The notes under the pieces: model-generated
Told to the model about the DNA's origin: nothing
The model's database searches: none
Seen by the model: only the letters and a program-made list of their open reading frames with translations
Made by a program: the position numbers and the translations under genes
Source of the DNA: Nemertoderma westbladi
Lineage: Eukaryota; Animalia; Xenacoelomorpha
Direction of reading: 5' to 3'
NCBI GenBank assembly: GCA_032718475.1
Contig: JAUCBJ010002549.1
Location: 1-52,530 of the forward strand
DNA: 52,530 nucleotides
Shown here: piece by piece, positions 23,801 through 36,795 of the stretch
Layout of the letters: each line of letters starts with the position of its first letter
Numbering within the stretch: the stretch's first letter is position 1

Positions 23801-25546
23801 AGTGTGAAGCTGGATCTCACACTTGGCTGTTGCAACAGAGATGACCAGTCATGCCGTGGCAAGGCAGATTTCGTTGTTCTGCTAGCACGCAGACTAAGTC
23901 TTATCTTGGCCACAATAAGGCGGTGATCACTGGAGAAGGGTCGAAGTGTAAATGCATTACAGTCTTGTATAGAGCTCCTGTATTTCCTACGAAACAGAAT
24001 ATGGTCTATCTGGGACTTGTGACCACTGGGTCCACTATGAGTCCATAGCTTTCCAGTTCGCTTCTTGAACTGGGTTCCAGCCGAAAACAATCCATTTCCA
24101 GAGATAAAATCCTGAAGATGGACAGAATTTCGGTTAACACTATTGCTATAGACCCAGGGCGATGTAGGTGATTGATGCAGACTTGCATTAAAGTCTCCCA
24201 GGAATGTTAAGAATGCATGCTGATCCACTCCATCAGTAGCTGCTTGTAGATTGTGGTAGAAATTTTCCACCTCCTCTACAGGGGCAACACTAGTTGGAGA
24301 GTAGCACACTATCAGAACCACCTTAGGAAACTTCTTAGCCAGTCTTCCAGAACATGAGAAGTGGCAACGGATGATGCGGTTAGAGATTTGGTCTATTTTG
24401 TCCAATGCTGCATGTGCAGTTGGATTCATCAATAGACCAATTCCACCATTTTCACTATCATCTGCTGACGCGAGGGCGAGTCCCAACCGCCCCACCATGT
24501 CCTTAATCAGAACCTCATCAGTCTGTCCAGTCTGCATTCGGTGCTCTTGAACACCCATTGCGCTAAGAGAAAGCTTATCTGCCAAGGCAGTCAGCTCACC
24601 TTGTCGCATTGGGCACCCGAGTGTTAGGGTGTTTACTGAGGCTAGTCTTGTGACTTGCCTCAGATTCACCAATGGCTTTGTTGGTCGGGGTGGAACATGA
24701 GAGTAGCCTCCAACTCCAGAATCCCTCTCCCCATCACAATCTGGCCTTCCTGGTGACCCAGGGTTTCGGCCAGAAAGGTCATCAGGAAAGGGACTCAAAG
24801 AATTGTTGGCTGCTCTCTCTCCAGTAGGGGGTGAGACAGGCAGCCGGTCAGGAGTTAACTGACGCCTGTGAGGCCAATTGTGTCCGGTAATTCCACTGGC
24901 CTCTAGTGGCCGGACCTCCGCATTGCTAATGTAATCCATAGTGGGGGTTGGGGGGTGCTTATGCCGAGTCAGCTCTCGGGGCAAATACCACACTCTAGTT
25001 TGCCATTCCACAGGGTGGGTGTTGCAATGGAGTCAGATATGAGGCCCACTCTACTCCTGACCAGCCATTGGTAGATCACCATCTGCCTGGTCAGGCCATA
25101 TACCCCTGCAGCCAAGTATATGGGTCCTTAATCCAGGACCAAGGGCGTCCTTATCCCAGAACGAAGGGGGTCCTAGTTACAGGACCAGATTTGCCCTAGT
25201 AAGAGGGTCTATGCAGCTACAGGTGGCACCTCCTTTATGCTGCATGGAGGTGGCAAGTTTTCTTGATCAATGACCTAGAATACCTGACCTGACCTGGGTA
25301 GACTACTCTCCTTACACCGGGACCAACTTTATCCTTCAAAAGACAGCGCGCTTTGGCTTTCAATATTGGAGTGATTTTGGTAGGCCTACCGGACCTTGTT
25401 GCATCTTTAACTGTTCCAACCTGGTCTTTCCACTTCCTAACGGTATTTAAATCACAACCAACCATTCGTGCAATTTCCCCAACTCTATTGCCTGCTGCCG
25501 AGAGGGCCTGAATCTGACCTCGCTTTATTTCTGCCACCCGAACCAT
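20828..25546 (-). pseudogene. Tc1-like DDE transposase split by the RTE insertion, one frameshift near 21360
   Basis: HTH (EIARMVGCDLNTVRKW..RSGRPTK) joins across the TSD to RRVAKVLN..YTDES..QDGATCH..WPGNSPDLNPMENLW. Confidence 0.9.
21660..25302 (-). mobile_element. Full-length RTE-clade LINE (APE endonuclease plus RT), inactivated
   Basis: 13-bp TSD CTACTCTCCTTAC at 21647-21659 and 25303-25315; EN motifs VQEHR, GDFNA, QIDHIL, SDHRL; CAG>TAG stop at 23518-23520; scar at the FADD motif. Confidence 0.95.
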
Positions 25547-25812
25547 AACAACAAACACTACAAACACAAAGACACAGTTCAGTAGGCTACTGTACATACA
25601 CAGTACACAACACACCAATCTGTGGGTACTGGGTAAAGTGCCTAACCATTAGAACTGCAGTACTGTTGTAGGACTAATATTGTCCTGCAACCACGATTAC
25701 TTGCAGTAGGTAGGCTCTATAGATGCCAATTTACTAAGACATATGCTGGTACTGTAGACTTTATTAGGGCTGTAACAAAAGTTCCTCCCTATAGGGAATT
25801 TATTTTGTTACA

Positions 25813-27245
25813 GTAATACCTATATCAAAACTGCCTTAAACCAAAACACTTAAATTAACGATTTTGAGAGCCTTAGAAACCTTCTCCTTACAATGTAGTT
25901 CGAACTTTAAATTATCAGCAATAAGGACACCTAGGTCTTTGAACTTACAATCAGAATTAATTAAAATGTCATTCAAATAAAAATCGACTGCACCATTCAC
26001 TTTCTTTGCACCCACATGGATAACACTACATTTATCAACTGCTATTTTAAGCTGCCAGTTTTTGGTCCAAAATTCCAACCTCTGAATAGCTGAAATTAAA
26101 AGATGACTATCATCACTCTTCGCATACATTTTCAAATCGTCGGCAAACAGCTGACAGGTAACTGGACTAATTATGTCTGGCAGGTCGTTTACAAACAACA
26201 GGAAGGGAAGAGGACCCAATACACTACCCTGGGGGGTGCCGGAAATGACGTCACAAGTTATCGAATGCTGATTTCCAACAACCACGCGTTGCGTGCGATT
26301 GGAAAGAAAAGCCCTAATCCATAATAATAAATTACCTGATATACCATAGCAAGACAACTTATGCACCAACTTGTTATGTACCACAGAGTCAAAGGCCTTA
26401 GCTAGATCTACATAAATTATATCAACGGAATTGCGATTATCAAGCTGTTTGTGTACCAGTGGTTTGTAGATTCCAAAAGTTGTGTACATGTAGACCGTCT
26501 CTTCATGAAACCATGTTGAGACTTTGTTATTATATGGTTTGTCAGTAGATAATCAAGCAATTCTGTTTTTATACATAATTCCATTATTTTACAACCAATA
26601 CAAGTAAGTGATATGGGACGATAATTGTAAGGATCAGTTGGATCTCCCTTTTTAAATAAGGGTATAATATCGGCTGTACGCCATATGTCGGGTAAAGTGT
26701 GTGATTCAAATGATACCTTAAAAATTACAGATAAAGGAGCCGCCAGACAACGCGCCAGTTTAGAAAATATGTAACATGGTAAACCATCAGGAGTTCTGCT
26801 TAATTTAGGCTCTAATTTACGAAGAACTGAAAAAACATTAACAGGTGAAAAGTCTATATTCGATATATGCACACTAGAAGATACTTTATTGGTAAAATTT
26901 GGCAAAACATTATCATCAGTGGTGAAATTTTCTGTAAACACACTTGCAAGTATATTAGCTCTCGCGCAATCGTCAACAATAATACTACCATTGTACTTAA
27001 AAGCGGAAATACCAGCTCGATTGTTACGCTTTGAATTTACGTAAGAGAAAATTGCATCCGACATACCAGAACTTAGTATCTTATTTTCACGAATACATGC
27101 GGCACGGTAAACCGCCTTTGAAGCTGCTTTGGCACACCTTTTATATTCGGCCTGGCCATCTACAGTGTGTCTTCGCCGCCACGCAATTTTTTTCTTTTTT
27201 TGAAGAGTTCGTACGTAAGCCGGATATGATCTCTTATTTGACTAC
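25813..27245 (-). mobile_element. CR1/L2-group LINE RT fragment
   Basis: NYRPISLTC, QHGFMKRRST, DLAKAFDSV, SGTPQGSVLGP, LFADDLK; frameshifted and truncated at both ends. Confidence 0.85.
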
Positions 27246-28805
27246 AAAACTTTACAACAAATATCAAAAAATTTAGTTTTTTAGCAGATAAGAAGATCGG
27301 TACGTACAGTAATTGATACATTTTTAGAAAAATGGAAAGAATTTCTAAACTTTTCACAGAATACATGTGTACCAAGTTTGGTTATACAGTATTTCATCAA
27401 TGATTGGCGGACTTATTTCGGTTTTTATCAAAATTTTGAAACTATCGGTACCAACAGACAGAATGTCTGATATGTGACCTTTGATTCCTTAAACTTCAGA
27501 TTATTTCCAAACTGTTGACAGACTTCATACGTACCAAGTTTGGTTTAATTTCATCTATAAATGACCGAGTTATACATTATTAGCGATCAAAAATTAGACA
27601 GATGACATATAACTCCTCAATGGCACCCACCCATATGCTAAGACTTCGGGTCAATTTGTTGGTCGCCCCACATTTTGCATCCATATCTTGGTTGGAAATA
27701 CTTAGTTGCACTTTATTATCACTAATTATCCAGAAATTACTGTTAGGTTAAGTGTAAGAGACCATTTTGACCATAAATTTCGTACAGGTCCCGTACTTTA
27801 CTTAGCAATGTCCCATACTTTACCACACAAACCACACTGTAAAAAATTAGCAATGTAGCAATTCGTCTGATATTTATATTTTTATTTAAGCTTAATAATA
27901 CAGCTTTATCCTAAACATCAACTCAACACCGTACCTGCGCACAATTCGCTAAATTTTAGAATTGAATCATAAAATAAAAAAAAACATTTCGTACGAATCC
28001 GTACTTTACCTTAATTGGACAAGCTGGTGTTTTCTCAAAAGTGACTAAGTCCCGCCATAAGCTTCGCGAAATCAAAGCTGATATTCGAAAGTTCAATCCA
28101 AGCACAATTTTGTGCACATATGTGCTGTGGATAACATTGTACAGGCAATCAAAGTTCAAAATTGTGTACGAATGTCCCGTACTTTACTTTGGAATGAGCC
28201 TACACATAAATTGTACTTTTATTATAGGAACTTATCTAGGGATAAGTTTATTTCACTCATCTTTGTTTTCTTGGTGCAATTGTTGGACTAATCAAATCAC
28301 ATACTTTTATCCATGTAGTGTACATATTTTGGAATTTCCGCGTCTCCATCTCTCAAAACCACGATAATATATACTTATCATTCGAGGATTTAACCCTTGA
28401 TTAGGACATTTTTGGATATGTGTCAATGTGCGGCACGAAAACTACTAGTAGCATAAATTTGATATTAAAAAATCACTACCAAATCAACCGGATTTTTAGA
28501 TATTATGGGATTTCTGGGACGCTGGTCACAATATACGAATATGACATTCAAAAATATCGTATTATCCAAACAATTTCGATTTTTGCCCCTGAGGGGCCAA
28601 AATATCACCAAAAATATTGGTTGCTTTGCCAGAAAATATTTTTAATAAGTTTTATCGTGATCAGCAATCTCAAAAACCCTTATAAAATCAAAATTTTAAA
28701 TTTTGACACAGGATCTAAAAAATTTCTAAAATGACCCTCGCCCCGGGCCAATTACGTTGTAAAATATTGTTTTTTTTTTAAATAGTCCGGGGCAGATAGG
28801 GTTAA

Positions 28806-28935
28806 GGGGGGGGGGGGGGGGGGGGTGTTCACCCTTTTCGGACAACTCTTCGCTTCGATTTATCACTCTCTGCGTTTCAAAATTGTTTGGTTTTGGCTAA
28901 AATTTGGAATATAGGTACCTAAGATGCTATTCTAC
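28806..28935 (+). mobile_element. Left-end fragment of the TTAA (Kolobok-like) MITE
   Basis: TTAA, G-run, then TTTTCGGACAACTCTTCG...AAGATGCTATTCTAC matching 1222-1333. Confidence 0.85.
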
Positions 28936-29520
28936 GTATGTACGTATATCGTTAGTTTTGACGTTAAATCACTGTTTACAAATGTTCCCTTGGATGAAAC
29001 TATATCAATAATTTCATCACAACTATTTAAAGACAGTGACATCTCTCTTGGGTTAAACCGTAGGCAATACAAAATACTTCTTGAACTATCAGTCAAGGAG
29101 GTAGAGTTCATATTCAATGAGAATACGTACATATATATATATATATACTATACAGACTGACGGGGTAGCCAGTGGATAGCCCCCTAGGGCCACCTTTCGC
29201 TAATGCTTTTCTTTGTCAACATGAAGCGAATTGGTTAGGTTAAGTCAATGTCCAGCTCAAATCTCTCCAGTTCTGTACAGACGATATGTGGATGACTGTT
29301 TCCTTCTGTTCAACAGCCGGTAACAGGCGGCAAAATTTCTGAGTTATCTAAACTCAAAACACCGCTGTATAGAATTTACTGCAGAGCATGAGTTGGATAA
29401 TACCATCTCCTTCCTTGATGTCTCTATTACAAAGGGTTCTGAGTACCTACACACCTCCATATACCATAAGCCCACTTTCACATGTTTGTACAATAGATAT
29501 GATGCCTACGTTCCACTTTT
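28936..29520 (+). pseudogene. Penelope-like element RT fragment
   Basis: VSFDVKSLFTNVPLDETI, QTDGVA..PLGP.FANAFL, YRRYVDDCF, IEFTAEHE..ISFLDV, YHKPT; broken by a TA microsatellite and frameshifts. Confidence 0.85.
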
Positions 29521-30607
29521 ATTGTACTGTACTAGTGTACTACCGTAGTATTTCTACCTGAGTAAATACTTGTACCGTTGATAAATCTGCTTATCATTTT
29601 TTAGTCTGTCTTGTGTTGTACTAGTTTTTTGTATCATACGTATTTCTTAGCCCTTACAATTTGCCCGTTATCGTATTATTCTCAATACAATACTTTTCTG
29701 TATGCCCATTTCAGTATTTACCGGTCCATCTGTACCCTAATCAGTCTTTCTCTTAATTCCTGTAGTATAAGCTTTCTTGTACAGTTTGTTTATAATTATA
29801 TTTATGTATCCTGTTAATCCATTGAATCCATATAAAGTTTATTATATCGAAACGTTTGGTTATTTAATTATAATGTTTTTCATCGCGTTTGCGCTTCTAT
29901 TTATACCTAGAATATTGCCTAATCTTAGTGGAACAAATCTGTACTGGTACTCCCAGATATAAATGGTAGGTCAGCCAAAATATCACACAAGTATTCATGC
30001 TACTCTATAGCTAAAAGTTCTGATATGGGGTTTTCCTAGTCGCTGATTATATTTCTGACATCAGATTTCACATTAAACAAAAACTACTCTGACTATATGT
30101 CTGTCTGTCGTTTTTTCTGTCTATCTAGCAATCTGTCAATCAAAGTAATAGGAGAGCGTACCAACTAGCTAAAATTTTTGTTATGGTGGTTTCCATGGTT
30201 GGTAAATTTCATTTCCAATGTCAGTTTAGTTTTAATGTATGACCGCATCCACATATGTTCAGTTGTCCGTTATATTTTGACAGGCAGACAGACAGACAGC
30301 TATTCAGATAGACATGATAATGTCAAATGAGAAAACTGACTTCGGAATTGAAATCAGCGACCCGGAAAACCCTTGTATCAAAATTTGAAAAATTGTGTTG
30401 TGTGCATTCTAATAATTATGGCTTTTCCAAAATTGAACGAATTCACTAGGGATTTGGCGTCACCAAAATATTATACATACGTAATGATTTACTTGCTTTA
30501 ATTTTGCAAGTGAAATTATCTTGGACGATGGACGATGTTTAACTGTATTGATTCTGTGCCAACCAATATTGGTCAATAAAACATTATTAATATTGACGCA
30601 ATAGAGA

Positions 30608-30822
30608 ATGATTCATCAACATCAGCTCCTACTTCTGATTATTGTGTTGCTAAACTTGACAGTACAAATATATTGTGGCGAAAAAAGTGTCAGTTGCTAT
30701 AGAGACACCACCTTCGGTGAAGGTTGCCATGGATCGTTTGAAGACCATCAGCTGAATAATCACATTATCAAAAATATAATAAAAATTGTATCAAGGATAA
30801 ACTGCAGTCGTTTGTGCCTCAG
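30608..30822 (+). CDS. Exon 1 of secreted PAN/apple-domain protein
   Basis: Signal peptide MIHQHQLLLLIIVLLNLTVQIYC; HQLNNHII..SRINCSRLCL; donor AG|GTAAAC in phase 2. Confidence 0.8.
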
Positions 30823-31034
30823 GTAAACATAAACTTATTGTACTTTCATAGTTTATCTTCTAGATTCATAGGAAATCGTACATCCTTCATATAACATTTA
30901 CAATAAGAATGTAATGTATTATTTTTATTTTATCAGCAGTTAGTTAGTCAGTAGAATCAGTTAGTTTATTTATGTAGCTGACTCGTAAATAATTCAAATT
31001 AATGAATAAAAAGGTATCATTACTTGTCTTGCAG

Positions 31035-31209
31035 CAATAAAAAATGCAAGTCTTTCAACTATCGAAAGAAGAAAACACATTCCTGCCAGTTGAACGATCA
31101 GTATGCGGAAGATGTACCAGATGTTGATCTAATAAGCAACGATGCATACGATTACGTGGCCGTTAGTGATGATGCTACAAATGCTGACAAACCTGAAATA
31201 ACTCCTCCA
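31035..31209 (+). CDS. Exon 2 of PAN/apple-domain protein
   Basis: Phase-compatible acceptor TTGCAG; SNKKCKSFNY..CQLND..YDY; donor CCA|GTAAGT. Confidence 0.8.
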
Positions 31210-31794
31210 GTAAGTATTTAAGTAACCGAAAATAAGTGATTAAAAAATAAACTTTCGTTTATTGTTTTGGTTCCCCCAACGCCAACAGGCCTCTGTAACT
31301 TGCACCTTTACTAACCTGTTCCTTTAAATGGCCATGGGACCTAAAATTGAATGAATATTATGTAAAAAAAATATGTACAAAATAGAAAATGTTCAAGGAA
31401 GTCTGTAGTCAGTCTGGGTAGTTGTAGCGGGCTATATTCAGTTACTCGTAGACCCCGGGAATTTAGTTTCTCTATCTGGACGTCGCGATCACTAGATACC
31501 ATACCACTGTGGTACAGCTTTACCGCTTGTTGTAGACACAATAATGTAATATTAACTTTATAAATAAACTAAAATAACTTTAAATAAAATAACTTTATTA
31601 TACTAGAAAGCCAGCAAGCTGGCTGGGAGGAGCCCGGGGGAGGAATCCTGCAAAAATGAACTATGTCAGTCAGTAGTAAGTAAACTAAACAATTGTCTAA
31701 ACTGTAAGGCGTGCGTGAGGCTAGCTGACTTTGTGGCTCGTCCCTCATAATAAGAAATTAAACTTTCCTACCACTAACACAAAAATAGGTAGCA

Positions 31795-32885
31795 CGAACT
31801 TAATTCCAATTGAAACATATTTGGTTCCAAAATAAATTTTACAAAGCGAACTTAGTTCCAATCGAGGCGAACTTAGTTCCAATCGAAACGTATTTAGTTA
31901 CAAAATAAATTTTATAAAGCGAACTTAGTTCCAATCGAGGCGAACTTAGTTCCAATCGAGGCGAACTTATTAGTTCCAATCCAAGAATATCAAAACGAAT
32001 TTAGTTCCAATGGAAGCGAATTTAGTTCCAATGGAAGCGAATTTAGTTCCAATGGAAGCGAATTTAGTTCCAATGGATGCGAATTTAGTTACAATGGATG
32101 CGAATTTAGTTCCAATGGAAGCAAATTTAGTTCCAATGGATGCGAATTTAGTTCCAATGGAAGCGAATTTAGTTCCAATGGGTACGAACTTAGTTCCAAT
32201 GGGTACGAATTTAGTTCCAATGTTTCAATCGTGGGGATAGCCACGTAGTAGGCGAAGCCTATTGCGTAATGCCACTATTTGGGGGGGGGGGGGGGGGGGG
32301 GGGGATCAGGGTCAACAATAATTGTAAATAATTGTAAAACCCTTCTATCATTAAAAAAAAACGAATTATATGTATAATTACACATTTTGAAATATATATT
32401 AATCACGAGTATACTGATACTGGCTGACTGAGTCTGTAGTATTATAATAAATACACAAGTCATGCATGCACATTGTGCCATTTTCACACCAATTACAATA
32501 TTTACCAGTTGATTCGGTTCATGGCTGGATGGCGCGACGTGGATTGTTTGGGTTAGGAGGTTGGGCGTAGTTTCCATTTAACTAAATTGGCCTAAATTGG
32601 AACTAAATTCGCCTAAATTGGAACTAAATTCGCCTAAATTGGAACTAAATTCGCCTAAATTGGAACTAAATTCGTTTCCATTGGAACTAAATTGGCCTAA
32701 ATTGGAACTAAATTCGCCTAAATTGGAACTAAATTCGCCTAAATTGGAACTAAATTCGTTTCCATTGGAACTGAATTGGCCTAAATTGGAACTAAATTCG
32801 CCTAAATTGGAACTAAATTCGCCTAAATTGGAACTAAATTCGTTTCCATTGGAACTAAATTGGCCTAAATTTGAACGAAATTGAC
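31795..32885. repeat. Two oppositely oriented 21-bp tandem arrays (foldback-type element)
   Basis: GCGAATTTAGTTCCAA units at 31795-32220; reverse-complement TTGGAACTAAATTCGC units at 32575-32885. Confidence 0.85.
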
Positions 32886-33165
32886 TGCAATGAAATATAT
32901 TAACTCCAGAATTTGCGAATGCTTATCACATAAATGATTGAAAGCTCTTCTTGGCATAGCATTGGCTTTGACTTATATTAACATTTGTTCTCCTAAAATT
33001 TTTATACCGATTTATATTTATATCGCGACATTAGAGACTACCCGTATTTCTCACATGACATCATTAATCATATGGAGAAACTGTTTTTAGATTTGGAATC
33101 ACCATTACATTCTGATTCAGATGGGATATACTTAAAAATTTAAATTTTTTGGCCTAAATTCGACT

Positions 33166-33197
<32 letters not shown>

Positions 33198-33237
33198 ACC
33201 CCTAAAAATCCATAGGTAAGCACGACAAATAAATGAA

Positions 33238-33760
33238 ACACGAAGTGGGGACTTCGCGCAGCACGAAGTTGGCAGAGCCGTAGCGAATTGACACTGTTAG
33301 GGGGTGGGTCAATTTATGCAAATAGTTGTCGTTGTCACGTTGGCCCTCTAGCGGCAGACTGGAGAACTGCAGATGGATTCGCCTCCTTTGAAAGTCACAG
33401 CTAATGGTCTAATACATATCTGCCAAGTTTCAGCTTAAACGGATTAAAAGCAAAGAAATGGGAGGGCATTTAATGTTTAGACATGTGGCCCTCTAGCGGG
33501 AGACCATTGCACTGATGGTGTCTGAAAGTCTCTCAAAAATCTCAACTTTTGCTCATATTGATACCTACATATTTTCAACTTGGCAGCTTTAAATCCGACA
33601 AAGTTATTAGCATGTCAAAATCGTAACGACGACGACGACGACAACGACGACGACGACGACGACGACAACGACGACGACGACAACTATTTGCATAAATTGA
33701 CCCACCCCCTAACAGTGTCAATTCGCTAAGGCTCCGCCAACTTCGTGGCTCGCCCCACAA
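33238..33760 (-). mobile_element. Non-autonomous element with ~70-bp inverted repeats, (GAC)n and a terminal hairpin (Helentron/HINE-like or MITE)
   Basis: CACGAAGTTGGC..GCAAATAGTTGTCGT (33262-33331) is inverted at about 33677-33746; hairpin CGAAGT-GGGG-ACTTCG. Confidence 0.65.
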
Positions 33761-33936
33761 TATGATATGGACACTTGTACATAAAGCACAAGAATGATTT
33801 TCACATAGTAAAGTAAAGTACAGTATCTAGTAGTTACACATGTATGACGCATACAGTCATTGTAATCGATGGTGTTATAAAAAACAGCATTAATTATGCG
33901 TTATACTATATATTGCTTTCTACATCCTACTTACAG

Positions 33937-33945
33937 ATGGTCTAG
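33937..33945 (+). CDS. Probable terminal coding exon (MV-stop) of the PAN gene
   Basis: Acceptor CTTACAG, ATGGTCTAG in phase 0, AATAAA about 110 bp downstream. Confidence 0.45.
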   Translation: MV

Positions 33946-34639
33946 CAATTACTAGCCCTATGGCTATCAGCTAGCCACCTAATTTAAATTTAAATTGTAT
34001 TGTTTTTCTAGTTTTTAGTTTGTGTTTGTATTGTTTGTATTATCTGTGGAATTTCTAATAAAAACAAAAAAAAAATAATAATCTAAGCACGAATTTCCCT
34101 GGATGGTGAATGTATTTGATGTAGTATCGTAATTTATATTTACTGTTTTTAGCGGCTGTGGTGCAGGCCTAGGTCCCAACTCTAGTCAAAAAGATTACTA
34201 AGTAATAATATTATTTGTAAATTTAGTGCAGATGTGATGAAATAAACAAAGACGAAGAAGGTAAAGAAGACAGACAAAAAGAAATGTGCGCTTTGGAAGA
34301 TAAAAAACGTAATTAACATTCGTCAATTAATAATACAATATAATAGGAACATAAATAGTAATAATTATTCGCATCTTCTTATCGGGTAACATTGTGGTAA
34401 CCAATGGTAACATTGTGGGTAAATTCGTTTCAGTTTTGAGCAGTTTTTTTACAGTTGCCTTTCCAGAGTAGATTCACCATTAGCACAGGTAATTTTTTTG
34501 AATTCTGTTTATTGTGAGCAGATATGTCGTGGTTATTATTTTATTATTGGTGTGCTCCTACCCTGTCCTTGTCCTGTCCTACCAACTACCAACTACCTAC
34601 AACTGCCCTACCTAAATTAGTAGCTAGAGTGTATAACTA

Positions 34640-34930
34640 GAGTGAACTTCGCCCGCGAGAAAGTTTGCCCGCGTCAAATCTTCACCTGGAGCAATCTTCG
34701 CACGCGATCAACCTTCGCTCAATAATCAATTATTGTTTTGGTTAGAAAATGCCGTCTCTGTAACCGGCTACTTTCCCTCAATTTGAAACTAAAATGATTA
34801 CTAACACAAATCGTATTGGGCGAAGTTTACTCGCTGGTGAAGATTGCCTTGCGGGTGAAGGTTTCCCCCGAGCGAAGTTTGTAAGATTGGATGCGGGCGA
34901 AGGTTATCCATGGGCGGGCGAAGATTGCAC
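34640..34930. repeat. Degenerate inverted arrays of ~16-bp units (MITE-like)
   Basis: AACTTCGCCCGC-type units on the left, GCGGGCGAAG(A/G)TT-type units on the right. Confidence 0.5.
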
Positions 34931-35479
34931 ACAACCGGTGGGAGGGGTGGTGGGTGGGGGGTGGAGGTTGGGTGGGGAGTGGGGGGGGGGGGGGGGTGTG
35001 GGGAGGGTGGGGGGATTGTAGGTTGTGGTGGGGAGAGAACAAGAGCACCGATGTACATCCAACATGATAGTATAGCTGTAAGATAATGATAACAGTAGAC
35101 TGTAGAGAGTGCATCTCATTATATTAATGACTGGGATTGTGCTTATATAAATATGTATAGAAAAGGTGACCCAGCAACATAGTGACCCAGATCTCACAGT
35201 CAGTTAACCCCTTCACGACAGCAAGAGAACTGGAGGTCCCCAAATGCTGAAAATTTAAAACAATCGACAAAATTGGCGAATTATAAAAATTAAAAAAAAA
35301 ATGTTTAATTTCATCAAGAAGTTGGTTCCTGAGATTTTACATGGGACACTGGTGTCCCTCTGGTCTTGAAAGGAGTTTTTCACTGCTTATTTATAAAAAA
35401 ATCCTTTATTACATTTATAGTGTGACTCACACTATGTTGTCTGTGTTGGGCTACACAGAAAAAGGCAGATGACACTTTT

Positions 35480-35870
35480 GAATGAAATTTTCAAACAATA
35501 TCCGGAAATTTTTAAAGTATGTCCGAAAAATTTCAAATGAATATCCCGAAATTTTCAAAAAATGTCCAGAAATTTTCAAAAATTGTTCGGAAATTTCTAA
35601 AAAATGTCCTGAAAGTGTAAAAAAAATTCTGGAAATTTTTAAAGAATGTCCGAAAAATTTCCAAAAATGTCCCGAAATTTTCAAAAAATGTCTAGAAATT
35701 TTCAAAAATTGTCCGGAATTTTTAAATAATGTCATGAAAGTTAAAAAAAAATTTCCTGAAATTTTTGAAGAATAATATCTGGGAAATTTAAAAAATGTCT
35801 GGAAATTTTCAAAAAATATCCAAAAATTTTCAAAAAAATCGCCAGAAATTTTCAAAAAATGACCGGAAAT
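35480..35870. repeat. Degenerate 21-bp AT-rich minisatellite
   Basis: TCCNGAAATTTTCAAAAAATG units; the ORF track shows a 7-aa period. Confidence 0.8.
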
Positions 35871-36255
35871 ACTGTATGTCGTTCATCAAAATTGTATTAG
35901 ATAATACATTTCTTTATTATAGTTACATTGTTTTTAGTATTACAATAAGAAGATGATTGGAGCACAATAACTAGAGCACAATACTAGAGCACAAATTATT
36001 ACTAGACGGTAGTGGTGTGGTATATTGCAAAACAATTGCGTTTTTTCTGTAAGCACAACCAAAGTAACATAATTCATAATGTAGCATAATGTAACATAGT
36101 ACCCGAATACGTGGACCCCTTCCCTCCTGTAGTTCCCGAATACGTGGACCCCTTCCCTCCAGCTATCCAAGTTGATATCAAGACAAGTTTGTTCGGTATT
36201 TTACATATTTTATTCAGATAATTGTAAAACACATTTTTTAAAACACATATAAGAC

Positions 36256-36795
36256 CTATAAATGACGCGAATTATATATTTGTACAGCATTAAGGAGTCG
36301 TTTACCATATTTGGGGTGGTCTAATGCTTTCACCTTATAATTGTCCCACGTCAAAGCAAAATCTCTATGGACCGACTCGGATGACTGTTCACTCCAAGGA
36401 CTAAGACCTGTAAAACAACCCCCATGCATTGCTTCACGTTGAACATAGCAGACTTTTAGCCATTCTTCGCTCTCAGGGCAAACCTGCTGAAGGCCGTAAT
36501 ACATGGTGTTGAATGGTCCTGTGAGAAGATGAAGTTCTGGGGGTGGAAACAAATGAAGAATCGGGGTTGATAGATCTCTACCATGGATGATGGGAGGTGG
36601 ATGGCATTGTCAATTGAAGCACATTGTTAACTTGGAGTCATTCCTGTTCTGTCCAGCATCATAATAATCCCAGAAAGAATCGGTGAGGGATTTCAATGTT
36701 CTAACTTTTTCTTTATTGTCCAAATTATCTTTGTGCACATTGCACCAACTACAAGGGTGACTACTACTGTGGGACATAATTCCAAGAAGAATGTT
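36256..36795 (-). pseudogene. DNA transposase fragment, probably CMC/Chapaev-like
   Basis: NILLGIMSHSSSHPCSWC, PPPELHLLTG and SEQSSESVHRDF motifs. Confidence 0.55.

Larger units (their letters stand above)
20690..25812 (-). mobile_element. Tc1/mariner-superfamily transposon interrupted by an RTE
   Basis: Left end TA|CAGGGTGTAACAAAAG; partial right TIR TTTTGTTACA near 25803-25812; transposase inside. Confidence 0.8.

Noticed and set aside
25200-25302. HDV-like ribozyme at the RTE 5' end
   Set aside because: Could not place P3/L3, P1.1 or the catalytic C; reported only as a structured UTR.
32010-35855. Repeat ORFs (MEANLVP)n, (LELNSPK)n, (CPEIFKK)n
   Set aside because: Translations of 21-bp minisatellites with no gene context.
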